From assembly GCF_052425735.1 (NCBI RefSeq), contig NC_135764.1, positions 7,998,001 to 8,062,000 of the forward strand: a DNA stretch of 64,000 bases, written 5' to 3'. Position numbers and translations under genes: made by a program. Source of the DNA: Oculina patagonica (lineage: Eukaryota). Of this stretch, positions 1-12,446 are shown one piece after another. The notes beneath the pieces were generated by a model. It searched no databases and was not told the DNA's origin. It was given only the letters and a program-made list of their open reading frames with translations. Numbering within the stretch: the stretch's first letter is position 1; each line of letters begins with the position of its first letter.

Positions 1-1850
1 AGTACAGGCATGAGTATTAATTTCCGTCAGATCACTAAATTCTGTAATTATGCAAACTTCTTGTTGCATACATTTTCTTCTGCTAACATAATTGTTTTTA
101 AAACAATGGTTAAGACTCGATGCGCTCTAGTGAACAAAGGATGACCAATCGAAAAATAAAAACAATAGAGTGAACGCGCTACAGTGACCTCGGATATAAA
201 CAAGGATTTCGAACCGCTTATGATAGAAAAATATCGGTACAGAGTTTTAAAAAAAAATACACACTAAACACACAGATTGTCATTCAACCAAAACTTTTAT
301 TTCGATCGTTTAACATTACAAGGAATTAATTTAATAATCCTCTTCTTGTCCTTCGTAAGATTTGTAAGGTGAGGTAAAATAAACTTTTCAGTATTTCGAT
401 CGTTCAACATCGCATTACAATGATTTAATTTAATCGTCTTCGTCCTCCTCATTGCTTGGGGTGACATCATCATCAGCATCTAAAAATACATCCCACAATC
501 GTCGCTTTTTGCGGTGGAATTCATCAAAAGTTTGATATATAAACCTGACTTATTTCTTGTCTAACTTCGCGCGCGAACTCCACGCGAGATCCCCACGCGC
601 GTTTCGAGGAAAAGCACATCACAGTTTATTGCCTTTGCTGCCCTCGGTGCCCCTGTTGCCCTCTTTTACTCCTTACCTTATAAAATTAATTCAGTGTATG
701 AGAGAGGTACAGAAGGGATAGTTCAAGTTGATGGGAATTCGCGTGCAATAAATCTTGGCGTTAGTTGATTGAGGATCAGGAAGTTATTTAATTCTAGTTT
801 GGACTTGAAGCAAAAACTTACCAGAGATGATTCAAATATGCGGGGACTATGAAAATGTGACTTTGGTCTTTCACAGCAAAACATTGCGCCAATCTGCATA
901 CATTATATTCGAACTATTGCCCGAGTTAGAATGGAAACGAGAAATAATTGCTCGATCCCATGACTTATCGGATTAATAGTACTTGTTTGCTTAACTTGGA
1001 AGTAATAATTTAAAAACGATCGGTCAGCAGCAATATAGAGACCTCGAAATTACCATTTAATTGGTGCAATTTAACAGCCACTTGAATTAATGATTTTAGT
1101 CTCACTGAAAGTGGTTCTAAAAATGAAAAAAGCCCTAAGCTTAATTCCCTCAGATGTCATCTTGGCTAAAAGACAATACCGGAATAGCGTGAATTAGAGA
1201 TTTGTCATTTGTCAGTACTTTATGTTTAGAGTAATCACATATTTTGATCGTACAGTACAAACAAATGTTTTGTCAGATGTCTATTAGAATTTGCAGTTCG
1301 AAATACAATTGGGAGTTCTTGTTTCGGTAGTTTTTTCTTTTGCTGTGAATTCGTAGCTTTATTTAATGATGTTGTATTAAGACAGCAGTACCTACTGCGA
1401 AGGTCGCCAAAATCAATAATTGAAAAAACTCTGATATGACATATATTGGTATTAGAAAAAGGCATATATTGATTACAACAGTTGTTGGTACTGTCTGTTT
1501 AGAGAAAGTTCAATATGAAAATATTAACATGACAATCGCCACGGTTGTGAATACGGTGAAAAGCGATAACAGTGTTTAATCGGGCAGTTGGCACAAATGT
1601 TTTTTTTCCAATTTTAATTAGAAATTACAGCTCGCAGCACTATTGGAAGTTGTAGATTTTGATCCTCAAACAAATACATATGCAATATACCACAGGCCGA
1701 GCATACGATCAAAACTGATCATGTTTACGATGACAGCCCTTGACACTTTGTAGCCGAACTCGACTTACTGGGAAATAAAGAGAAGCAAACAGCACTTTAG
1801 TGCCAAGCCTGCTCGAAGCACGGCTCCGTACCTCAATAACGTAAGCTATC

Positions 1851-2259
1851 ATGTCCAGTACAGCTTCTATTGTAATTATTTGCGCTGCTCTAATGGAGTC
1901 CTTGATCATTATTGTTGGTAACATCTTCACCATATTCGTGTTTTGGAAGCCTGACCGGAACAGACTGAGGCGACCCGTTTAATTCATTTTTTTATGCCTT
2001 TTTTTTTTTTTTTTTATCTCAGGACCTCCCTGAAAACCACACTAGTGAGTGGAGCCTCCTAGCTGTTGAAAGATCATTGTTATTATTATTATTGTTATAA
2101 GCGAACTTACTTTCTTCTTATACACTTGGCCGTTGCGGATCTACTGGTTGGATTCACAGAACCAATCGTTTGATTTCCCTTAGCATATTGGTGAATCAAG
2201 CATCAACAGCAGAGGCAATATTACAAAGGCGTTTCAAACAATGATTTTTTTTTGCGTCA
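1851..2259 (+). pseudogene. Truncated class-A GPCR pseudogene (TM1-TM3 remnant)
   Basis: ATG TCC AGT ACA GCT (MSSTASIVIICAALMESLIIIVGNIFTIFVFWK), then an insertion at about 1970-2099, frameshifts, and loss of the 3' part. Confidence 0.85.
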
Positions 2260-3595
2260 GCTAAAGTGATAGAGATTTTGGTTTCTTGTTATTTCAGTTT
2301 ATGATCATTACTATTTGAAGCAATAAATCCCCGTGAGCTTCCATCTTTGGTTTCCGTTGATAATTTGCTAACCTTCAAGGCGACCTGTAAAACAGTCTCG
2401 GCACTTTGCCACGACACGCCTTAATTAAAGTTTTTTCTTTTATGTAATTTGTTTTCATGCAGTCGCTGCAAGCGCTTCACCTATGTCCTATCTAAATGCA
2501 CTGGCGACCCTCTGTAGGGCCCGCGATACAGGAGATATATTCTTTAGGTTTGGTGCGGGCTTTCTATAACAGGATCTTATGAAAATTTAAAAATATATGT
2601 ATGATCTACAACTTTTAGTTTGATCCAATTGCATTTCGATTTTCTGGTTTTAATTAAAATCAGACAAAAGAATTGTGCCACCGTGCTCTCAATAAAATTA
2701 CTGTCCAAAACAGCTATTACACCTTGACTGGCTATTAAAAAGGTGGAATAAGAATGAAATATGAAATGGACTGTTTATTTAAAGACCTTTACATACATAA
2801 CTTCTACTAACGTTTCACGTTATATGTCACATCAAATTTATTCACATGCATCACTTCCTTTTATTTAAATTTTCTTTTGAAAAACGGTTCAATTAAATTT
2901 GCTTTTTATAGATTGACTTCTTGCCATGTCCAATAAACAGCTGCTACTGTAATTATGTGTATTATTACTTTTGAATGCTTCATTATTTCGTGTTTTGAAA
3001 AAGAAACGTAAAAAGCAAAAGCGATTCTTCTTTCTGCTTAATAATCCATCAGGTTTCACCAGGTCAGTTACAGAGGTGTGTACCGTTAGACATAAAATTC
3101 CCAAATTTAATTGGAACAAGTCTGAAATTACATTCAGACAACAGGTTATTATAAAACAATGCATATGGTGAAAATAAAATAGTCTTATTCAATTGCGAGT
3201 GTGTTTTAATTCTGTTTATATGTACAAATTTTATTAAAAAGATTGAAATGACAGTTGCGCGCAATTATGCGTGGAAAGAAATTTCATTTATGGTACAGTA
3301 GGCGGAACTGTTTTCTAGGATATTAATTAGAAAGCTGATGCTTGAATGCTATTGAAAATTGAAGATTGTATTTTCCATTTCAAAGTAGTTATTTGATCCT
3401 GTTGTATTAAAAACAGCAATAACTCTAACAAATACATCCGCAGTTCAGCGAGCAGAGCGCCCAGTCAAGAGTGATTATGGATCGGATAGCAATTCTTGCC
3501 ACTTTTCAGCCAAGACGCACTCCGACAAAATTAACTCGCTTCATTTAAGTCCCAGGCCAGTTCAAAGGACGGTTCAGTAACGTGAACATATAATC

Positions 3596-4468
3596 ATGTC
3601 CAAAACAGCTGTTATTGTTTTTATTGGTGCTACTATATTTGAGTCCCTGATCATTATTATTGGCAATCTTTTTACCATATTCGTGTTTTGGAAGCACCGT
3701 AACAACCTGAAGCGAACTTCTTTTCTTCTCATAAACTTGGCTGCTGCGGATCTACTGGTTGGATTGACAGAACCAATAGTGCTTGGAACTTATAAAATTC
3801 CTCATGAGCTTGAAGAACTGAGCATCAACAGTACAGGTTATGGGCATATTTCCATCATACTTCAAACAACTTTTTCTTTCGCCTCAGTATTTTTCCTCGT
3901 TTTAATTTCGTTGGAACGTGCATATGCTTTGATTTGGCCGCTCCGCCATCGAGTGGCAAACACCAAAGGTTACATTTACGGTGTCATTTTTGTGTGGTTG
4001 GCCGCCATATCTACAAGTTTATTGTCTTTGCTTGCTGTTCATGGCGTATTGGATTACGCAGACTGGATAGTTGCATGCTCTGCTATGGTCATTTTGTGTT
4101 TAATCACGATCTGCGTGTCTTACCTGGCAATCCGAACAAGACTTAACTGCAGAGTTCCCGCCATCGATGCGGCTCATAACAGACAAAATGGACCTGAACA
4201 GAATGCGAAACTTTCTAGGACACTATTTATTGTGATAGGTGCGTCTCTTGTCTGTTGGCTTCCAAGTATGGCATTTTACGCTGTTCATTATATTTGTTCA
4301 GAATGTGCCATTTTAGTAGTAGTTTATGTCCCTAACATGTTTCGCTTGGCGAATTCTATCGTTAACCCAATCATTTACAGTTTTAGAATTTCCATGTTCA
4401 GAGAAACTATTAAGCGCATAAAGTTCCGAAGGCATTCAAAGCAGTACAGAGTTAACTATAAACCTTGA
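3596..4468 (+). CDS. Intronless class-A orphan GPCR, 290 aa
   Basis: Seven hydrophobic segments; GN (TM1), LAxAD (TM2), ERA (TM3), CWLP (TM6), NPIIY (TM7). Confidence 0.95.
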   Translation: MSKTAVIVFIGATIFESLIIIIGNLFTIFVFWKHRNNLKRTSFLLINLAAADLLVGLTEPIVLGTYKIPHELEELSINSTGYGHISIILQTTFSFASVFFLVLISLERAYALIWPLRHRVANTKGYIYGVIFVWLAAISTSLLSLLAVHGVLDYADWIVACSAMVILCLITICVSYLAIRTRLNCRVPAIDAAHNRQNGPEQNAKLSRTLFIVIGASLVCWLPSMAFYAVHYICSECAILVVVYVPNMFRLANSIVNPIIYSFRISMFRETIKRIKFRRHSKQYRVNYKP

Positions 4469-5125
4469 AAATCAAGTCATAAGAGTCTTAGGGAGAAAAA
4501 CGAAAAAGTTAGGCGTTCATTTCTCATAGTGTGGTGAAAAAGACTGTTATCGATGCTATTAAAAGTACTGAGTGTATTTGAAATTTGTAGCGTTTGGGTA
4601 GGTGATAAGGACCCGACATTCTTTATATGAGTTCTTGGTCTCACTCTTAGATGTTTTGTGAAAGGATCGATGTATTCCTTTAGCTGTATTTAGTCTATTT
4701 AGTGTGTCTTCTGAAAGCAAAATATCGGACGGAGGACAGTTCGGTTATCGTCGCACTGCACCGTACTGTTAATCGTTTTTCATCCTTTCTACTCTCAAGG
4801 TAGCATGGGTGTGACACAGCGTTTTCCTTCTCAGACGGGCGTTTGTTTCTGCCTGCTCTTTAAAAAGAGTAAGACAGAGTCTCCTTCTTTTGTAGTGAAA
4901 CCTTCCAGTTTCTTTGAAAGGTCTCGTTTCAACTTTTTTTTCCAACAGTAAACCAGAGCCTGCTTTGCTACTTCATTTCTACCGAGAGTATTCTTAATTC
5001 AACGTCTTTTTTTCTGTGTTTTATCGCTATTTTTACTTTCTGTCACCCGCTTTCCTCGGAGAAGTAAAAACAAAAGAAAAAAACGCTTCAGTGCTGCCCA
5101 GGCGGGCTCCAATCCTGAAACTAGC

Positions 5126-6200
5126 TTAGAAGTCATCAGGAGGAACCATGGCATCCAGTTTCAGCCCGTACTCCCCAACTGCCCTCTGCCGTGGTAAGAC
5201 CCTTCCCTTTGGGAGGCTTCAAAAGAGCTGGTGCTGTCTGGGCTGAATTTTTGTGTCCACCAAACTGAGGGCAAATTTATGAAATTTATTAATTGGAAGT
5301 TTCAAATCAAATTATGAGTCACTCTTTGGCTAGGCTAACCATTGCTGATGTTATGGTAACGTACGTCGAAAATAACGTAACAGTCATTTTTCAGGTCTAC
5401 CATTACTTGAACAATTACATTGGGCAAACTACTTATAATTATCAAAGTTACTATCTACATTTGTGCAATACCTTTCTGAACTTAGTCCAGCCTGTGGTCA
5501 ATCCCACTGGCTTTGCATCCAGTGTTACATTGAACCTGTATAACAGCATTCGAGTAAGTGATGGGTCACGTATGACCGTAAACTTATTCTTCCTTCGTTT
5601 CCAAGCAACAGCAGTTATCATACAATAATATTAACATACTGTTATTTTTTTTCAAGTTACTTTTCTTGAGATCTTATTAGGTTTTTTGGCCAATCGTTCG
5701 TATTTACTCTAAACAGTTTCCATGTAAGAAAAATAAATAGTCATCGCAAACGTGTACTAACACAAGACAAACTTACACATCTTTCGAAGTTGATACAGGA
5801 AAGAATTCTTTTCATCCTATGTTTTGTAACGTAACATCGTAGTGATCAACAAGGGAGAGTTACAAAGAAAAAATTGTCATGCAAATTTTAATTCAAGGAA
5901 CCTTTGCTTTGGTAAAAGTATTACCTTTCGTGTGAAGTATCTAAGGGAAAGGGAGCAACTGGCAATAGTGTAAACTTAAGAACATTTGCAATTCAAAAAT
6001 ACACGAAAATAGGTAAGTGTGCTATATAACTGTAAATAATTACCAGACTTGACGCTGTAATAATTTAATGTCATCAACATACCTTATTATGCACTCAATA
6101 CATACAGTCAAGAGAGTACTTATAGAAGCTTGTGTAACGGTAAAGTAATTATAATCTCGACCTTGTCAGCCGCAGTGGAGCTCGAGGTTTCAAATTCTTT
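5126..6200 (-). pseudogene. Six-exon 3' fragment of an unidentified spliced gene
   Basis: Minus-strand exons ~6200-6083, 5940-5925, 5816-5777, 5721-5661, 5535-5472, 5264-5126 with GT donors, AG acceptors (one apparently mutated to CAT) and compatible phases; reads ...QASISTLLTVCIECIIRYFTRKDEKNSFLYQLRKMWKLFRVNTNDWPKNLIRSQEKFNVTLDAKPVGLTTGWTKFRKFGGHK... Confidence 0.7.
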
Positions 6201-8054
6201 TACCGCGATTGTAAACGTCACTTAAATTTATGATTCTAGCTGAACTAAATCTAAGTGTTTAACAGCTCGTTAGACTTTTACTGCCAAGAATGCACAAATT
6301 GTGTAATTGAGACAATTCGTTTCTTTTTAGAAACAATGTATATGGTAAATAGAACTTTGTTTTGAAAAATGTTTATACACTTGCTTTTACCTGCGTGAGA
6401 AACTCGTCAGCTGTGTTCCGGAAAAGATATCTTATTCATCGTGCTGTAAGCGAAAATATTTTGTCAAATGTTACAAATAAATTGGTGGGATTGTAAAAGT
6501 CACTTGAATTAACGATTTTAGTTTCTCTAACCTTAAGAAAAAGCCCAAATTTTAATGGGATACGTTATCTCGTTAGAGACAATACATTTAGTAAATTAGG
6601 AATTTGTTATTTGTCAGTACTTTATGTTCAGAGAATCTTCAATTCGATTCAATACAGAAATTTTAACATGACAATCGCGACATCTGTGGTTTTGAAATGT
6701 GTTCACATATTTGATCAGTATGGAAGAAACAATTTTTTGTCAAATGCAGCTAATGATAATTGCAGCTCGCAATGCTATTGGAAGTTGTAGATTTTTGTTT
6801 TACATGCGAAGTCTTTATTTGATACAGCACCAGCTCTAACAAACACATTAGTAATACAGCAGGCCGAGGGCGGATTTCACTTCAGTTTGTAGCCGAACTC
6901 GACTTATCGCGATCGATCGACAAACGTCCAATTAATCAACCTTCCCTTGTTCATTTCTTGAAATAAGGACAACAACAACTTTGTGTGGCTGAAAATGGGG
7001 AAATGGGTGACAAAGTGCTCAGTTAATATTTAATTAATATTTAGCCCCATGGACCCCTGGAGTGTAAAGAAAACAAAACCTACAGCCCATGGAGATGTAC
7101 TCAGTGGATGAAGAGAAGGGAGTTGGCCTTCTCTCAGGGCCACTGTGAACATTCCTGGGTAGAGAGGAGGGAGTGGGCCTCCTCTCTGACTGAAGGGAGT
7201 GGGCCTCCGCTAACCTAGCTCCAGGGGTATAATTGGAGGGAGTTGACCCTCCGAAAATCGAGTCTATGGGGGCAAGAGTGTGACGAGAGGAGCACTTCAT
7301 CCCCATTCCCGTGTTTATTTGACTAACATATAAAATATAACTCAACAGGATAACTTGGTAACTATGATATAAAGTATTTATAACTGGACTGGCAAAGTGA
7401 TCTGCCAATGAATGTTCATTTGAATAGCTAGGCGAGGTACTTAGCTTCTCTAAGATTTCTATGATTTGTTCAGACAAACAACGTCCAAGTCTTGATATTT
7501 ACATTGTTCATTAAAATATTATTAAGTACAATTAAATTGGCTGTAAAGAAACCTAAATGAAGTATTAGTGTCTCTGAAACTAGTATTGTTCCTTCAATAA
7601 ATTAGCATATTGTAACCACCTGAAGTGTGGTATAAAGTTACTCGAAAATTTGTAAATGATTATTTAGGGAAATTTAATTTAAGTGTACAACAAATTTAAA
7701 AACCTCAAAACGGATACTTAATCTAAGAGTTCCATCAGTGTACAAAGAAATCTACAGTGCAATACTGAGTTGCTCTATGATTTTTAAGCAAATTTCTATA
7801 TGATTTGGAAAGCCCTTTGGCAAACTGTAACTGTTATAATATTATTATTGCATATGAGTGAGCAAGAGCTTTGGGTGGGGGGGAGCACAGGACGAAAACG
7901 CACGTTTCCGTATTTCTGAAACATGACGGAAACATAGAACTCTATGTTTCCGTCACGTTTACGTGCTGCGGAAACGTGAAAATCCAAGTCTCTGTGATAA
8001 TATCACGTTTCCGTCATGTTTCCGCAACGTTACCGATCATTACCTCTATCGTAG

Positions 8055-9291
8055 GTTTAATAGTCCATCAAACCAGGCCATGGCAAAGAAAGTTGTCAAA
8101 GAAGTGCAGTCAGTGTATGGCAAGAAAAAATGGAAAAAGGCTATCATAAGAGGTAAATTTTCTCGTAAATGTTGTATGTACATTACCAATTTTTTTTTGT
8201 CTTTTTGATTACTCGTTTTAACAATATTATTCTCAGTTAAACAGTTTTAAAGGGCCTCAATAAATTTGGAATGATGTAGACTTAAATTTCGTTTTAAGTT
8301 TGTTTAATTGTTATCGCTCTAGATCTGTACATGTAGTACATGTATTTTGGGCTTGTAATTGGCGAAACGCCGTAAGTAGCCTCCCTTATTGATAAATATT
8401 CTGTTGCATTTTAGTTGCCGTTCAACAACACTGGAGATCCTTACGTGACGATGCAACCAGAAAAACAAATAGCAAGTTCGAGGAACACAGACGAAAAGTT
8501 AAGCGGAACAATCGTTTAAAGAGAGTAAGTATAAGAAACATACATTGTTGCTCCTTGATGATTAACTGGAGAGTTTCAGCTTTATCCTTTATTTCTCTCA
8601 AACGATTGGCATTAACTTTTGTAAGACTGGTTTTCACTGGCCATAAACATAAGCGCATAAGAAGAGCAAACACTGTCCGATTAGAAATAAACAAAAACCA
8701 AAAGAAAACGAAACTATTCGTTCTTCTTGTGCTTTTCGTATCCCTTCGGGGCTTATTATTCCTGTGCATGTTGAGAACAGGATGATAAGAAAGAGTGTGT
8801 TCAATCTTCTTATGCGCTCTTGTGCTTGTACTTAACTCGGTGAGAATCAGCCTTTTAATAAAGTTCTAAACAACAATATTTTTAGTCAAACAGAAAGTTA
8901 AAGTTCGTTTTTTGATGCGTTTTCCCTTTCTATCTTTTAGAAACTATCCAGGCGCCTCCAAAGTCTACAGAAACGCACTCTGTCAGAAAATGACAAAGAC
9001 AAGGCGAAAGAAATCCCGGATCCTATCTTCCCCGAATGCGATTGACTTTATGTCATCAGAGGAAAGTGAAATCGATGATCCAGATCGAGTGGTCCAAAGC
9101 CAAGAAAAACAAGAAAACTGACGTGGGAACGCACCAAGCTCAGGAACATTAAATCAAAACTAGACGAGGCTCATTTAAATGGCCTGAGCGAGAAACAACG
9201 TCGCACAAGTGCCCGTGTAACCAGAACCGAGACGGCATCTGTACGGCCCTGCCCGACCAATGCCCCTAGTTGGGCAGTACGCACTGATTGA
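8055..9291 (+). pseudogene. Spliced remnant of a transposon accessory ORF (C14orf93-like MSSEES...W...LD...P.WAV motif)
   Basis: Exons 8055-8152, 8415-8524, 8941-9291 with GT/AG and matching phases; two frameshifts in the last exon; peptide includes FMSSEESE and LTWERTKLRNIKSKLD...SVRPCPTNAPSWAV. Confidence 0.6.
8622..8854. mobile_element. MITE (Harbinger-like TIRs) nested in an intron
   Basis: AAGACTGGTTTTCAC...GTGAGAATCAGCCTT imperfect TIRs plus internal GCGCATAAGAAGA / TCTTCTTATGCGC inverted repeat. Confidence 0.55.
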
Positions 9292-9645
9292 TAGCCACTG
9301 GACTGAGTGTATTGACTGTGTGATAACCACTCATACAAATTTTTTAGCTTCAGCGAACAGTGTGGAACCTTGAAACGTTCATAATCAATATACATTTTAA
9401 TAAAACATATATCATTTTCCTTTATTCTTGGGGACAATCAGGTTGTTTCCATTTCCAGATTTGCCAGCAAGTTATGTTATGATACGTAAGACTTTTTCAA
9501 AAACAAGATCAGTAAAATAACGAACGCTACTTTTTCAACAACAAAAATGATTATAGGAAAGGAAAATAAATAAAGTTTTGGTAGAAACTATCCGCGTCCG
9601 CAACTGCTATCACACAATTACGCGTCCAGTATTGGGCCTGATTAC

Positions 9646-9922
9646 GTCAACGGAAACAAGAAAAAATAACATGTTTCCGGAACGTTACCTAGTATTTCCG
9701 TCACTTTTAGGCCTGTTTACGTCGACGGAAACCAGCAAAAATCATATTTCCGGAACGTTATCCCGTGTTTCCGCAAACTTTAGGTCTGTATACGTCGACG
9801 GAAACATGAGAAAAACATATTTCCGGAACGTTATCGCGTGTATCCGCAAACTTTAGGTCTGTATACGTCGACGGAAACATGAAAAAAACATATTTCCGGA
9901 ACGTTATCGCGTGTATCCGCAA
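9646..9922. repeat. 73-bp tandem minisatellite (~3.7 copies), transposon subterminal repeat
   Basis: GTCGACGGAAAC recurs at 9721, 9794 and 9867, with a variant at 9646. Confidence 0.9.
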
Positions 9923-10431
9923 AGGTAACCATGAGGTTCCGCTTGCGGAAACCGTTGTTTCCTTCAGCTGAAACATGACGGAAACATGTAAAAAAGTGGT
10001 CCGGTTCCGCTGTGTCCGCAGCAACGGAAACACGAGTAAACGCCACAAAACCGCAGACGGAAACACGAGCTGTCCGTCATGTTTCCGCAACGTTTCCGTT
10101 TACGGATTCTTGGTATTTCGTCCTGTGTCGAGGAAATAGAAAAATTTCCCTGGCAGAATTAACACTGTTGCTAATCTCGTGTGAGAGCAAAAGACAGCGA
10201 TCGAATTTTGCAGGCACGTATCAAGATGCCAAAGATCGCTCTGATTGGATGGTTTTCTGGATTCTCACGTGAGATCGTCAGAGGACAATGGTTGGCTAAT
10301 TTAATAAAGCTCATAGCTCAAAATAGAACAAGAGTTGTTGATTAACTATAATTTATTTCACATGTTCAATAAATTGTGATCAGTTTTATACCAGGCCACT
10401 TGAAGGAAACGGTTGAAAACGCGAAGAAGTA

Positions 10432-11312
10432 ATGTACAATACAGCTGCTATTGTGATCATATTTGCCGTTATATTTGAGTCTTTGATCATTATCGTTGGC
10501 AACATTTTCGCCATTTTTGTGTTTTGGAAGCACCGTAACAAACTGAAGCGAACTTCCTTTCTTCTTATAAACTTGGCTGTTTCAGATCTACATGTACTGG
10601 TTGGATTCACAGAACCAATAGTGATTGGAACGTATAAAATCCCCAAGCAGTTCGAAAAACCAAGCAACAACAGCACTAGTTATGGATTTATTTCTATGAC
10701 ATTTCAAACAACCTTTTCTTTTGCATCAGTAGTTTTCCTTGTACGCATTTCTCTGGAACGTGCATATGCTTTGATTTGGCCGCTCCGCCATCGCGTGGTA
10801 AGCACCAAGGGTTACATTTACAGCGTCTTTTGTGTTTGGGTGGCTGGAATACATGATGGGTAGGTGGATTGTCCTTGCTAGCTGCATTCGATATCCTAGA
10901 TTTGGTACATTGGATAGTTGCTTTTTGCGCCATCATCATTCTTGCTTTGACTATAATCTGCGTGTCCTATCTGGCAATCCGAACAAAGCTTAACTGTAGA
11001 GTTCCTCCCATTGGCGCGGTTCATTACAACGAAACTGTCCACAATCAAAGCAAGAAACTTTCCAGGACTTTGTTTGTTGTGATAGCTGCGTCTCTTGTCT
11101 TCTGGCTTCCCGGGTCCGTCGTTTACTGCATTCATTTTCTGTGTTCTAGATGCCTTCCTTCTCCTCTGCTTCACATTACAGCCATCTTACATGTGGCCAG
11201 TTTTTTTGTAAACCCAATCATTTACAGTTTTAGAATTCCCATATTTATAGAACCTCTGAAACGATTTAAGCTTAGAAAGTTAACGATAGATCCTGATATT
11301 TTTAATATTTAA
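10432..11312 (+). pseudogene. Class-A GPCR pseudogene, paralog of 40830
   Basis: Split ORFs 10432-10863 and 10869-11312; small insertions in TM2 and TM4 and a C-terminal deletion relative to 40830. Confidence 0.9.
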
Positions 11313-12149
11313 GCTTAAATTATTATGTTGTCCTAACTGTAGAATGTTTTTTACTTGTGTCATTTAATTTTAGCCTGCGCTCTATTGAATGTGTCATTTG
11401 TCCGACTTTAGCGGTAACTATGTTTACACCATATTGAAAACTCACTGAGATGGATAAGCTTTATTTTTTTAGCTTGTTTGCACAAAGTCACTTGTCAGGT
11501 GTCTAATCGTGTTCGCTTTTTATAGGCTGCATTGTCAATTAGTCGTCTTCGCAGTATTACGAATTAAAAATGACGCTTTTTTGACAACTTGCATCCACTT
11601 GCGAGTCCGTTTGGCCACCCAACGCAAGTTTATACGCAAGTTCAACTTGCGACTACTTGCGACTACTTGCGTCCACTTGCGTTGCCGATTGGCCAGGAAT
11701 TTAGAGGCTTCGGTGAAAAGATGTTTAAATTTTAAAAGCTTACAGTGCCTGCATGGTTTGCCGTGCCGAACGCTTTCTCCATCAAGATTTCCATCAAGAT
11801 TTACACAAACGACAAGTTTGCCGAATTCTCTATTTTTCAGGTATGTCACTGACTTCCCTCCCTTTTCCGCCGAACCTGAAACCGATATCATGGCTTCAAA
11901 TCGCTTTGCGTTTTAGTTTTTGTATTTATAGCTGGTTGTTGTGGCAAATTAAATTCACGAAACTCGTTAACATTTGTTGTTAATTAGCTTGTTCTCGTTC
12001 GCTTCAAGACTTATTTCTTTGTAATCGGACTCTCTTTCGCTAGAAACAGGCAGAAAATACAGTATTTGGGTTGTTTCGGAAAATTGTTTCATAACTCAAG
12101 TTTAAGACGGAAAAGCTTTTTGTAGTAGCGTCGACGGAACTGAAAAGTT

Positions 12150-12278
12150 TTTTCGCTTGCGGGAACACAGCGGGCGATCCCGAGCGGTCAAGATGGCTCC
12201 ATCTTGACCACTCGGGTAGCCAATCAGATCACGGGATTCGTTTCATCTTGACCGCTCACGGAGCTAGTCATATAATAA
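12150..12278. mobile_element. Terminal fragment of an interspersed repeat
   Basis: Hairpin GGTCAAGATGG/CCATCTTGACC, GCCAATCAGA box and AGTCATATAATAA end, the same end type as the element at 38904-39336. Confidence 0.55.
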
Positions 12279-12446
12279 ATATGCAATACAGCAGGCCGAG
12301 CATACGGTCACTACTGATTATGGTAAAGCAATGCTTGCCACTTTGTAGCCCAACTCGACTTACTGCGAAAAAAGAAAGAACAACACTGCAGTTTAGTGCC
12401 AAGCCTGTTCGAAGCATGGTTCGGTAACTCAGTAAGGTGAACTATC

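Larger units (their letters stand above)
1..4834. repeat. Segmental duplication copy 1, near-identical to 34342-39610
   Basis: Near letter-for-letter match from position 1 (AGTACAGGCATGAG) to about 4834; the second copy has an extra ~433-bp insertion. Probably extends left of the window. Confidence 0.95.
7886..10127. mobile_element. Non-autonomous CACTA/EnSpm-like DNA transposon
   Basis: TIRs CACAGGACGAAA (7886) / TTTCGTCCTGTG (10127); dense subterminal CGGAAAC/GTTTCCG repeats at both ends; no clear TSD. Confidence 0.65.
6932..10345. mobile_element. ~3.4-kb composite insertion in the 5' flank of GPCR 10432
   Basis: Absent from the paralogous flank at about 40770-40790; imperfect terminal inverted repeats TTAATCAAC...CTTGTTC / GAACAAG...GTTGATTAA. 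Confidence 0.7.

Noticed and set aside
3934-4146. Recurrent alternative-frame ORFs (MAAPPSSGKHQR...) and antisense ORFs over the GPCRs
   Set aside because: Shadows of conserved GPCR codons; they start at TTG and vary in length.
5293-5628. 111-aa plus-strand ORF
   Set aside because: Frame not preserved in the paralog at 30208; the real signal is the minus-strand exons.
9646-9922. Repeats with palindromic cores resembling a CRISPR array
   Set aside because: Whole 73-bp units repeat with no unique spacers, there are no cas genes, and the context is a eukaryotic transposon end.
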